From Nostoc punctiforme PCC 73102 (lineage in GTDB: Bacteria > Cyanobacteriota > Cyanobacteriia > Cyanobacteriales > Nostocaceae), in contig NC_010628.1 in the NCBI RefSeq assembly GCF_000020025.1, forward strand, positions 4,470,001-4,502,000: DNA of 32,000 nucleotides. Reading direction: 5' to 3'. Below, one piece after another: positions 6,612-17,500 of this stretch. A program made the translations under genes and the position numbers. The stretch's first letter is position 1; each line of letters starts with the position of its first letter. The notes beneath the pieces were generated by a model, which saw only the letters and a program-made list of their open reading frames with translations, ran no database searches and was not told the origin of the DNA.

Positions 6612-8851
6612 TACTTCCCCAAATTTGCGTCAAATTTGCGTCCTAGATGTTCTTCTATAGTCAAACCATTAATGTCAGCGAAAACTTGATTAATTCGGAG
6701 ATATCGCAGTTCCCGATCTAAAAAGCATAGGGCAACAGGAGCGGCTTCTAACAGTGCATCTAGAAGAGATAGAGATTCGGCGTAATGAACTAAAGCGTGT
6801 TGGATATCTCGATAAAGTCGGGCATTTTCTACTGCTAAGGCTGCACGATGGGTAATCTCTGTTGCTAAAGTAAGGTCAGTGCGATCGTAGCGACGGTTTG
6901 ATTCGGCAGTTACAAAGCTGATGCAACCAATAACTCGCCCTTGTGCAATTAGCGGCACAATCATTACAGATTTCATTCCCAATTGCCGAACAATTTCTAA
7001 ATGTTCTTGATTCTGAGTGCTTGCCACTAATAGCGAGTCAGATATATCTGAAATTAATTCGCTTTGCCCAGTTTGCAGCACCCTAGTAATTGCACTTGCA
7101 CCCTTGTACTCTGTCGTATACTCCTGAAGTTTACGCGCCAACTCCGCCTTTGATGGGTCTGCATGGGCAATGGGTAGGCGGCGAATGGAACCATCTTCAT
7201 TTAAAATATCAACGCTACACCAATCAGCTAGTTGAGGAACTGAGATTTTGGCAATTTGTTCTAAGGTTTCTTCATAATCTAGCGAAGTAGAGAGTACACT
7301 ACTAACTTGCGCGATATAACGGAGTCTTTCTTCAGCCTGCTTGCGCTCTGTAATATCGAGAACAAAGAAAACTCCTCGATCTACAGTCCCTTCAAAATGG
7401 CTACCGCCTGCCAAAATCGGCAAGCGTGAACCGTCTTTACGGATATATTCTTTTTGGTATGGCGTGCAAAAGGGGCTGTCTTGAAATTCAGTTAGTGCTT
7501 CCTTATCAAGTGGCACGTACTCTGTAGGAGTTAGGTCTTGCCAGCGAAGTGTTCCGGCAAGTAATTCTGCACGGGTATAACCCACTATATTGAGCAAGGC
7601 ATCATTCGCTTCTGTAATCCTACCGTCTCTATTCCAGAAGCCAATACCAATCATATTTGAATCAACCACGCTGCGAAACTTCGCTTCGCTTTCGCGTAAT
7701 GCTTGCTCTGTTTGTTTGAGTTGAGTAATATCAATTGAACTAATGCTCACTCCCAATAACTGCCCATCCGGTAAACACACTGGATAGTAGCTAACAAGAC
7801 CATAACGATACACCCCAGGCGGATAGGTTTCACCACTCACTTCCTGATTGAGTAAGGGCTGCCCAGTTTGCATCGCTTCCTCAAAAACAGGCTCAATTTG
7901 CGCTGCCCATTCCGGTAGTACTTCCCGAAAGGTGCGACCAATATGTTGAGTTTGGGGTATACCGTTAATAGCCGCTAGCGCTTCATTAGCGTAAACATAG
8001 CGAAGTTCAGTATCAAGAAAAGCCAACGCCACTGGTGAACTGGTAAGCCAAGCATTAAGCAACGCCAGAGATTCGTCTTTTTGTTGAACGGCTTGTTGAA
8101 GTTCCTGATACAACTTGGCTTTTTCTAGTTCTGCTTGCTTGCGCTCAGTAATATTCACAGCCGCACAAGTAATACCATGAACACTATTGTCTGTATCTTT
8201 CAGTGGTTCAACCAGCAAATCATAGTAACGATCTTCTCCGCAAGTTGTCAGATAAACCTCTTCACGGGTTGAAACACCAGTCTCTATTACCTTCAGCTTA
8301 ATTGCCTTCAATTGCTCTGCTACTGAAGCTGGAAATAATTCATCATCAGACTTACCTAACATTTCCTCAGCAGTATCTAAACCTTGGGGATTATGAATCC
8401 ACTGATATCGCAAATTTCGATCTTGTTGAAAGACCACAATATCTGAACTGCTTAATGCTAATCGAAATCTCTCTTCACTAACTCTTAACTGTTGGAGATT
8501 TGTATCAGCCCGTCTTTTAGCAGTCTTTAATGCCTCACATAAAATACTAAAGAGCAATCCTTGTAATGCAAACAACCCAATTCGCACAGAATTAGATAGG
8601 TCAAAACTCAGCTCATAAGCTGGCGGGAGAAAGAAGTAATTGCTCAGTAATGCAGACAAGGAAGTTGCTAATAGCCCTGATTTCAAACCACCATACCAAG
8701 CACTCACCATTACAGCGCCAAAAAAGAGCAAGAAAGGAGTTCCACTCATGCTTAACCAGGGGTCTAGCATCAACATTAACACTAATGCGACTGTGACAAT
8801 TAATACAACAATTCCATAGCGCAGTAACTGGGAATAATGAATATGAGGCAT
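6542..8851 (-). CDS. Membrane sensor, N-terminal fragment of the same kinase (DUF4118-like TM region, 3 PAS, GAF, partial PAS); no transmitter domain
   Basis: ATG at 8851 (the ORF track starts at TTG 8869). The TM segments and the AWYGG motif are typical of DUF4118. PAS/PAC repeats are separated by RESE(E/A)(R/K)FR linkers. The last ~30 aa (DANLGKYCQQWRLNLSNS...) are out-of-frame junk after the duplication. Confidence 0.8.
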   Translation of the reverse strand: MPHIHYSQLLRYGIVVLIVTVALVLMLMLDPWLSMSGTPFLLFFGAVMVSAWYGGLKSGLLATSLSALLSNYFFLPPAYELSFDLSNSVRIGLFALQGLLFSILCEALKTAKRRADTNLQQLRVSEERFRLALSSSDIVVFQQDRNLRYQWIHNPQGLDTAEEMLGKSDDELFPASVAEQLKAIKLKVIETGVSTREEVYLTTCGEDRYYDLLVEPLKDTDNSVHGITCAAVNITERKQAELEKAKLYQELQQAVQQKDESLALLNAWLTSSPVALAFLDTELRYVYANEALAAINGIPQTQHIGRTFREVLPEWAAQIEPVFEEAMQTGQPLLNQEVSGETYPPGVYRYGLVSYYPVCLPDGQLLGVSISSIDITQLKQTEQALRESEAKFRSVVDSNMIGIGFWNRDGRITEANDALLNIVGYTRAELLAGTLRWQDLTPTEYVPLDKEALTEFQDSPFCTPYQKEYIRKDGSRLPILAGGSHFEGTVDRGVFFVLDITERKQAEERLRYIAQVSSVLSTSLDYEETLEQIAKISVPQLADWCSVDILNEDGSIRRLPIAHADPSKAELARKLQEYTTEYKGASAITRVLQTGQSELISDISDSLLVASTQNQEHLEIVRQLGMKSVMIVPLIAQGRVIGCISFVTAESNRRYDRTDLTLATEITHRAALAVENARLYRDIQHALVHYAESLSLLDALLEAAPVALCFLDRELRYLRINQVFADINGLTIEEHLGRKFDANLGKYCQQWRLNLSNSYSASWILENHC
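6621..6642. repeat. Perfect 11-bp tandem duplication causing a frameshift
   Basis: AAATTTGCGTC occurs at 6621-6631 and again at 6632-6642. On the gene strand this is GACGCAAATTT x2. Confidence 0.95.
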
Positions 8852-8954
8852 GAAAATGTTTAAGAACAACCAATACTTATTGCAGAGGCTCTACATACCC
8901 TAAGCTAGTTTTCAAGTTTTAGTAATTTATCTCTAGATAGATTTTTTTCAGTTT

Positions 8955-8977
8955 TAAAAACCTCTTTTGCTAGAGGC
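8955..8977 (-). terminator. Weak terminator candidate downstream of the GGDEF-EAL gene
   Basis: The minus strand reads GCCTCT AGCAAA AGAGGT followed by TTTTTAAAA. The stem is only 6 bp including one G-U pair. Confidence 0.3.
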
Positions 8978-9156
8978 TAATTATTAAGTTATATAGTATC
9001 GTCAGCCATAATTTATTATGAATCTTCTATATCCATAACATTAATTTGCCGCTCGTGAATAGTCAATTATCAGAAATGCAGTAGCCTAATTTGCTTATAA
9101 AAATTATGGTATTAAAATCTACCAATGGCTAGTTTTCCATTATTCAGTCGCAATTA

Positions 9157-11319
9157 TCAGAGGATATAATGCAAAATTTTACTTGTCGTCAGAAGTGCTT
9201 CTACTGTCTGGTGGCTTAGAGGCTTAGAAAATAGATAGCCTTGACCAAATTCGCATCCCAGTTCCTGTAACCATTGAAGTTGCTGCGGTGTTTCGATACC
9301 TTCTGCAACAACGGCTAATCCGAGTTGATTGCTTAAAGCAATAATAGTACTAACTACCTGATAATTACGGTTTCCTTGTTGCATCTGGCTTACAAAAGAG
9401 CGATCAATTTTTAAATTATCAGCAGGTAAACGATGCAGATAATTGAGCGACGAATAACCAGTACCAAAGTCATCAATGCTAATCTTAATTTTTCTAGACT
9501 TTAATTGGCTTAATAAATCAATTGTCTGACTAATATTCTCAATTAGCATACTTTCAGTAATTTCTAGGGTTATACAGTCGCCTTCTAAACCTATTTGGGC
9601 TAGTATTTGATCGATGTATTCAATTAAGTTTCCTTGGCGAATGTCTTGAACAGAAAGGTTAATATTAACCTTGATTGGGAAGTGAGTAGCAAACTTTACT
9701 TTCCAGTCTGCTAGGTGTTGACAAGCTTTGTAGAGCATCCAGCGATCAATTTGCACAATTAGCCCCGTTTCTTCCGCGATAGAGACAAATTCTTTCGGTA
9801 AGACTAACCCACGAGTTGGGTGTTGCCAGCGCAGCAATGCTTCAAATCCAATCAGTCGTCCTGCTTTGCTTTGCCCATCTCCAAGTATGTCAACAATTGG
9901 CTGGTAATATATAACAAACTCTTCTCGTTCGATAGCTTTGCGAATATCGGTTTCTATAGTTAGTCGATTTACGGCTTGAGTGTGCATTTTGACATCAAAA
10001 ATTTTATACGAGTTTCTCCTTTGAGCTTTGGCTTTATACATGGCAATATCGGCATCTCGGAGTAAATCGGAGGCTTGAGAATATTCGTTTGTTCCTAAAA
10101 CAATCCCGATGCTTGTACTGATAACTACTTCGGCATCATTAAGCATTAATGGTGTTTGAAAATCTATGAGCATACGCTCAGTAATTTGAATAGCTTTTTC
10201 AATATCAGAAATATCTTCCAGCAAAATGACGAATTCGTCACCACCAATTCGAGCAACTAAATCAACTTCCCGCAGATGAGTTTTTAGTTTGTGAGCAATA
10301 TTTTTTAACAGTTGATCTCCAGCAAGGTGTCCGAGACTGTCATTGATCACTTTAAATCGGTCTAGGTCTAGAAACAAGACGGCATAACGATAAGTTTCTA
10401 ATCGTTTAGCTCGGTTAATGGCTAGTTCTAGCCGCTCTATCAAAAGTGTGCGATTTGGTAAATCCGTCAATGGATCGTGTAAAGAGTTGTGGATAATTAA
10501 CTCTTGTGCTTGTTTGCGTTCGCGCAGCGCAGCTTGCTGTTCGCGAAGTGCAACTTGCCGTTCGTTCACATCTAATAAAACACCATACCAGACAATATCC
10601 CCATTTTCTCGACATTCTGGACGAGCACTTGCCTGTACCCATTTGAGTTTGCCAGAAGGTGTAACTAATCGCCACTCGTAAGAAAATGGTTTTAAAGTTT
10701 GAGCGCTCTCGTTGGCCGCTGCATAACATCCTGGATAATCATCGGGATGAATTTGTGCAAAGCAAAGAGAGGCATTTTCTAAAATTTGATCTGGCGTTAA
10801 CTCTAAAAGATCCAGACAGCCAAAACTGATGTAATCAAAGGCAATAGAACCATCAGAATACTGAACAAAGCTGTAAATCATTCCGGGTATATTAGACGCT
10901 AATGTTTGTAACAGCTTTTGAGCTTGTTTGCGCTCCGCTCTCACCTGTGCATCCCGAAGTTCTCTACGCACTGCCTCTGGCAATCGATTTAAGTTGTCCT
11001 TCATGACATAATCATTCGCACCTGCTTTCATCATTTCCACAGCAAGTACTTCGCCAATTGTGCCGGAAACCAAAATAAAAGGAATATCTTTTTGGCTTTG
11101 CTTTGCTATTTCCAAAGCCGCAGAAGCATTGAATCCTGGCAGCCGGTAATCTGAAATCATCACATCCCAAGTCTGACTATTGAGTGCTATTTGTAGTTCC
11201 TTGTCTGTTTGCACACGCTGCCAGTTTGGATTGAAACCACCGCGACACAATTCATGAATAACTAACATAGCATCCTCCTCTGAATCTTCAACAATCAGGA
11301 TGTTCAACGGTTCATTCAT
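9157..11319 (-). CDS. Response regulator with PAS, GGDEF and EAL domains (c-di-GMP cyclase/phosphodiesterase)
   Basis: ATG at 11319 lies 10 nt after AAGGAG (11330-11335, minus strand). The REC domain reads ILIVEDSEED...DVMISDYRLPG. A PAS domain follows. The GGDEF motif is intact (RIGGDEFVILL). The EAL domain shows EALLRW, DDFGTGYSSL, KIDRSF and EGIETPQQ. Confidence 0.92.
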   Translation of the reverse strand: MNEPLNILIVEDSEEDAMLVIHELCRGGFNPNWQRVQTDKELQIALNSQTWDVMISDYRLPGFNASAALEIAKQSQKDIPFILVSGTIGEVLAVEMMKAGANDYVMKDNLNRLPEAVRRELRDAQVRAERKQAQKLLQTLASNIPGMIYSFVQYSDGSIAFDYISFGCLDLLELTPDQILENASLCFAQIHPDDYPGCYAAANESAQTLKPFSYEWRLVTPSGKLKWVQASARPECRENGDIVWYGVLLDVNERQVALREQQAALRERKQAQELIIHNSLHDPLTDLPNRTLLIERLELAINRAKRLETYRYAVLFLDLDRFKVINDSLGHLAGDQLLKNIAHKLKTHLREVDLVARIGGDEFVILLEDISDIEKAIQITERMLIDFQTPLMLNDAEVVISTSIGIVLGTNEYSQASDLLRDADIAMYKAKAQRRNSYKIFDVKMHTQAVNRLTIETDIRKAIEREEFVIYYQPIVDILGDGQSKAGRLIGFEALLRWQHPTRGLVLPKEFVSIAEETGLIVQIDRWMLYKACQHLADWKVKFATHFPIKVNINLSVQDIRQGNLIEYIDQILAQIGLEGDCITLEITESMLIENISQTIDLLSQLKSRKIKISIDDFGTGYSSLNYLHRLPADNLKIDRSFVSQMQQGNRNYQVVSTIIALSNQLGLAVVAEGIETPQQLQWLQELGCEFGQGYLFSKPLSHQTVEALLTTSKILHYIL

Positions 11320-11596
11320 ACCCCACAATCTCCTTGGTAAGTATTGAGTAAACTTGTATAATTAGGTTTGTGAGCCAAGTGATTTTGGATTTTAAATTTT
11401 AGATTTATTTTATGGCTCAAGGCGGTGGCTCTGAATAAAAAATTTTAGGATTTTAGCTTTGTTCTTTTGTTTAAATTTATTTACTTTAAAAAATTTTTAT
11501 GTTTGGCATCCTGAGTAATTTAATCCAAAATCAGAAATTTAAAATTTACTCAGACCAGATTTTTCTTTGTATCTAACATTTATAAGCAGTTTAACC

Positions 11597-14500
11597 ATGC
11601 TGGAAATTCCTGAATATCAAATTAGTAAAAAAATTCATGAAAGTGCTAATTCAAGGGTCTATCGGGGGATTAATCAACAGAATAATTTGCCAGTCATCTT
11701 CAAAGTTTTAAAGAAAGACTACCCGACACCAGAAGAAATAACACGCTATAAGCTCGAATACGAAATTACGCGCAGCTTGTCATTGGAAGGTGTTATCCAG
11801 GCTTATAGTTTGCAGCAATACCAAAGGAATTTTGTCATCATTTTGGAGGATTTTGGGGGCGAATCTCTAACAAAAATCATAGCAAAAACAAAGTTTTCAT
11901 TAACAGATTTTTTGAAAATAGCCATTCAGATTGTTGAAACTTTGGATGCAATTCATACAGCAAATATCATTCATAAAGACATCAATCCATCTAATATTGT
12001 TTTTAATCCAAGAACACAACAACTTAAAATTATTGACTTTGGTATTTCAACTGTATTATCGCGGGAGATATTAACTCTCAAAAACCCAACGATATTAGAG
12101 GGAACACTAGCTTATATATCTCCAGAGCAAACAGGCAGAATGAACCGTTCTTTGGACTATAGAACTGATTTTTACTCTTTAGGTGTTACCTTTTATGAAC
12201 TGTTGACCCATCGATTGCCGTTTGAATCCAGTGATGCGCTGGAGTTAATTCATTATCACCTAGCTTTGGAACCTGTTCCACCCCATTTTATCAATTCAGG
12301 AATTCCTGTGATAGTCTCAGGAATTGTACTGAAACTGTTAGCAAAAACAGCAGAAAATCGCTATCAAAGCGACTGGGGAATTAAAAATGATTTAGAAGAG
12401 TGCCTGGAACAGCTACAACACACGGGAGCAATTGAGCCTTTTTTGCTAGGACAACAGGATATTTCTAATAAGTTTCATATCCCTGAAAAACTCTATGGCA
12501 GAGAAAGGGAGGTGGAGATGTTATTAGTGTCCTTTGAAAGAGTAGCAGGGAAAGATAACGCTAATTTACCCACGTCTGCTTCTCAAGTTGAAGTGATGTT
12601 GATAGCAGGATACTCCGGTATTGGCAAGTCAGTTTTAGTACAGGAAATTTATCAGCCGATTACGCAACAACGGGGATATTTTGTTTCGGGTAAATTCGAT
12701 CAGTATCAGCGCAATATCCCTTATTTTGCGATCGCTCAAGCCTTAGAGTCATTGATCAAACAATTGCTGGCTGAAGACGAAGTGCAGCTGTCTCAATGGC
12801 GACAGAACCTTTTAGCTGCCCTCGGCTCAAACAGTCGAGTTATTACCCAGGTAATTCCAGCACTGGAATTGATTGTAGGCAATCAACCAGAAGTACCTGT
12901 ATTACCGCCAACCGAAGCCCAAAATCGCTTTCATCAAGTTTTCCAAAATTTCATTCGCGTTTTTACGCAATCAGAACATCCCCTTGTCATCTTTTTAGAC
13001 GATCTCCAGTGGGTAGATAATGCCTCACTGAAGCTGATCCAACTACTAGCTACTGTTACCAAGGGGCAATCTTTGTTGTTGATGGGTGCATACCGAGATA
13101 ACGAGGTTAATGCTGCTCATCCCCTCATTCAGATGGTGGAGGAAATTCAGCAGGGTGGAGGAGTGGTAAACCAACTTTCTCTTTTGCCATTGAGCCTACA
13201 TAATATCAATCAGTTCATCGCCGATACATTGCACTGCCAACCAGAAGATTCCCTGTCTTTAGCTGAACTGGTGCAACGAAAAACTGGTGGTAATCCCTTT
13301 TTCATGAACGAGTTTTTGAAATCTCTTTACACTGAAGGGCTAGTGGAATTTAATCACCAAACAAAAAAATGGCAATGGTCGATTGAGCAAATTCAGGAGC
13401 AGGGGATTACAGATAATATTGTCGATTTGATGGCTCAAAAGATTCAAAAGCTTAATAAAAATACGCAGAAAGTTTTGCAGCTAGCTGCCTGCATTGGCAA
13501 CTCTTTTGATCTGGAAACTCTGGCACTGACTGCGAAATTATCCCAGCGAAAAACCGCCCAGGATTTAAGAGTGGCGATCGCTCAAGGGTTCATTCTACCC
13601 CTAAGCAATGCCCACAAATCGGTTGAGTTGGATGTACCACTCCCTAGAAATTGTCCTGCCATTGAATATAGATTTGTCCACGATCGCATTCAGCAAGCAG
13701 CCTATTCCCTGATTCCCGAAGCCGAGCAAAGCCAGATCCATTGGCAAGTCGGACAGTCCTTATTGCAAATAACTCCAAGAGAAAACTTAGAACACCAGAT
13801 TTTTGATATTACCAACCAACTGAACCTGGGCAAAAAACTCCTCAAAACTCAATCCGAGCAGAATAACTTGTCTCGGTTAAACCTGATGGCGGGGGAAAAA
13901 GCCAAGACATCAGGTGCTTATGATGCTGCGTGGCAATATTTGCAAACTGGTTTGGAGCTACTGACAACCGATAGCTGGCAAACAAACTATGATTTTACCC
14001 TTACCCTCTATAGTGCAACAACAGAAGCAGCCTATCTGAGCGGTAATTTTGAGCAAGTAGAGCCACTGTTCCAACAGGTAATTAACCACGCCAAAACCCT
14101 ACTAGCCAACTTAAAAGTCTATGATGTCAAAATTCAGACTTATGTTGCTCAAAGTAAATTGCTAGAGGCAATTCAAATTAGTTTACAGCTACTTCAGCAA
14201 TTAGGAGTTCACCTCCCCATCCAGCCAACCTTTGAGGATGTTCAGCAGGCACTCTCGGAAACTGCTTCCAAATTGGCGAATAGACGCATTGAAGATTTAG
14301 TTGACTTACAAATGATGTCTGAGCCAGAGGTACTGGCGGCAATGCAGCTGTTGACAAGTATGTGTGCATCAGCTTATTTGGCAGTCCCTCCCCTATTTTT
14401 GCTGGTTGTACTCAAGATGGTGGATTTGCTGATTGAGTACGGAAATATGATGTTAGCTCCCTTTGCTTATGCCGCTTATGGGATTATTCTCTGTGGAGTT

Positions 14501-17500
14501 GTATTGGACATTGAAGCAGGATATAAATTTGGTCAACTAGCTTTAAGTCTGCTCGATCGTCTAGATGCCAAACCCATTCAAGCCAGAAGTCTATTCGCGG
14601 TTAGCAACCAGATTAATGTTTGGAAGACACACCTAAAACACAGCCTGAAGCCGCTCCAGGATTGCTATCAGGTTGGTATCGAGCAGGGCGATTTCGAGTT
14701 TGCTGGCTACGCTGCCATGTATTTCTGTGGTTATTCATTGGCAATCGGTCAACCCCTGGATGAACTCCAATTACATCTGACAAGTTACGCCCAAGCAGTG
14801 AAACAAATCAAGCACTCGGCGGGGATTAATTTCGTAGATATTTGCTGGCAAACTGTTTTAAACCTGGTTCAGAAGGTTCCGAATCCTGGGCTGTTATCTG
14901 GTCAAGCTTATGATGAAGGAACCCGACTATCCCAGATGCAACAAACCCATTTTCACGGGGGTTTGTTCTATTTCTACCTAAATAAATTATTTCTCTATTA
15001 TTTATTTGACGATACAAATCAGGCAATTGGTAATGCTGTCCTCGCCCAAGAGTACTTACCAGCAATGACCGGAGCGGCATTGGTTGCCATCTTTAACTTC
15101 TACGATTCTCTATGCAGACTGGCGGTGTATTCCAACACAGATACAGCGCAACAATCCGAGTTGCTGGAGCAGGTAGCAGAAAATCAGGCAAAAATGAAAA
15201 ATTGGGCGCACCATGCCCCAACGAACTATCTGCACAAGTGGCATTTGGTAGAAGCAGAACGGCATCGGGTATTGGGTGAAGTAGTAGAAGCAATGGATGC
15301 CTACGATCGCGCCATCGCTCTGGCAAGAGAAAACGAATACCTCCAAGAAGAAAGCCTGGCCAACGAACTAGCAGCAAAATTTTATCTGACAAACAACCGG
15401 ATAGCGATCACCAAAGTCTATCTGCAAGAGGCAAGATATGGCTACCGACGCTGGGGAGCAATAGCTAAAGTCCAAGATTTGGAAAGACGCTATCCCCAAC
15501 TGCTAGAGGTGCAAACTGAAAGAACTAACATCGGTAAAGTTGACACTACAGAATCGACTTCTAGAAAGTTAGAAGCACTTGATTTAGAAACAGTATTGAA
15601 AGCCTCCCAAGCGATCGCCAGTGAAATTTTGTTAGATAAACTCCTGGCAAAAATAATGACGATCTTGATTGAGAATGCCGGGGCACAAACCGGTTATCTA
15701 ATTTTACCAACACAAGAAAAATGGCAGATTGAGGCAATGGGATCGATTGGCGATGAGAAAATAGCTGTTTTGCAATCAATTCCTCTGGAATCAATATCAG
15801 CAGACAGTACTCCTTGCTTGCCAACTGCCCTAATCAATTATGTAGTTCGCACCCAAGAAAGCATCGTCCTCAACAATGCGGCTCAATTTGGTAACTTTCA
15901 ATCTGAACCCTGGATTGTGCAACGCCAATCGAAATCGATTCTTTGTGCTACTTTATTAAACCAGGGAAAACTGACAGGAATTGTCCTTTTAGAAAATAAT
16001 CTAACCACTAGCGCATTTACCCCAGAGCGAATTGAAATCTTCAGTTTACTTTCGACTCAGGCGGCTATTTCCATTGACAATGCCCGTTTATTAAAACAAC
16101 AGTCAGAACTGAATCAATTTTTACGGGCTGAAATTGCCGAACGCCAAAGAGCAGAAAAAGATCGCGATCGCTTAATTGCCATTCTTGAAGCATCCACCGA
16201 TCATATTGGCATGGCCACCCCCCAAGGCAATGTTTTCTGGAATAATGCTCAAGCTAGGAAACTGCTAGGGCTACCAGTGGATGCAGACCTCTCTACATTA
16301 AGCATCCTAAACTATCATCCCCAGTGGGCATTAGAGATTATTCAAAACCAGGGCATTCCTCTGGCGATTCGAGATGGTACCTGGGTGGGTGAAACCGCTT
16401 TGTTGGACATTGATGGCAGAGAAATTCCAGTTTCCCAAATGATCATTGCTCATAAAGCAACAGATGGCAGTCTGGAATATTTGTCTACCATTATCCGGGA
16501 TATTAGTGAGGTGAAACGCCGGGAAGAGGATCTGAAAAGATCGGAAACAACACTGCAAAATTTGGTTATGGGAACGGCTGCGGTTACAGGACAAGATTTT
16601 TTCGCAGCTTTGGTTGGTCATATAGCCAAAGCCTTGCACGTCCGCTATGCCCTCGTTACCGAACTAGTAAATGGCGAACTTAAAGCCCTAGCTTTTTGGG
16701 CGCATGGGGCATTACAACCACAAATATCCTACTTACCGGCGCGTACACCATGCGAATTTGCCTTGAGAAACGGCTTATTCTACTGCAAAAAGCTTGTTCA
16801 GCAAATTTTCCCGGAAGACTTAGACTTAGTGGCAATGCAGGCAGAGAGTTATCTGGGTATTTCCTTAAAAAATGCCAACGGCGACCCAATTGGTAATCTT
16901 TGTATTCTTGACGTACAGCCACTGGTAGATAAGCAACGAACAGAAGTGATTCTAAAGGTATTTGCCGCACGAGCAGCAGCAGAATTAGAACGCCAGAGGG
17001 CAATTGAAGCCCTGCATCAACTGAACCAATCTTTAGAAACCAGGGTCAAACAACGAACTGCCCAATTGGAAGCTGCAAACAAAGCATTAGAGGCGTTTTC
17101 CTACTCTGTTTCTCATGATTTACGGGCACCACTGCGGGCGATCGTTGGTTTTTCGAGAATTATGCAAGAAGACTATGGTGAGCAACTTGATGCGGAAGGC
17201 AATCGTTATCTGAAAATTGTCCGAGACAATGCCAAACGCATGGGTGAGTTGATCGACGACCTGTTGAACCTATCCCGCCTAGATCGTAAGGAAATGTCCC
17301 GGCAGCCTGTTTTTATGAATGAGATTATTCAAGAGGTGCTGAGTGATTTAGCCCCAGATTTTGAAGGTCGTCAAATTGAGTTTGCGATCGCTGATTTACC
17401 CATCTGTCAAGCCGATCTTTCCTTGTTTAAACAAGTTTGGCTAAATCTGTTGTCAAATGCCATCAAATATACCCGCTACAAATCTCCTGCTTGCATTGAA

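Larger units (their letters stand above)
3786..8851 (-). pseudogene. Single ancestral ~1684-aa DUF4118-PAS-GAF hybrid histidine kinase interrupted by an 11-bp duplication
   Basis: 8851-3786+1 = 5066 nt. Subtracting 11 gives 5055 = 3 x 1685. Deleting one repeat copy joins the two ORFs in frame and restores a complete PAS domain. Confidence 0.6.

Noticed and set aside
8613-8873. 86-aa alternative-frame ORF overlapping the 5-prime end of the sensor gene
   Set aside because: The overlapping frame encodes a convincing DUF4118-type transmembrane region. The alternative frame has no recognisable features.
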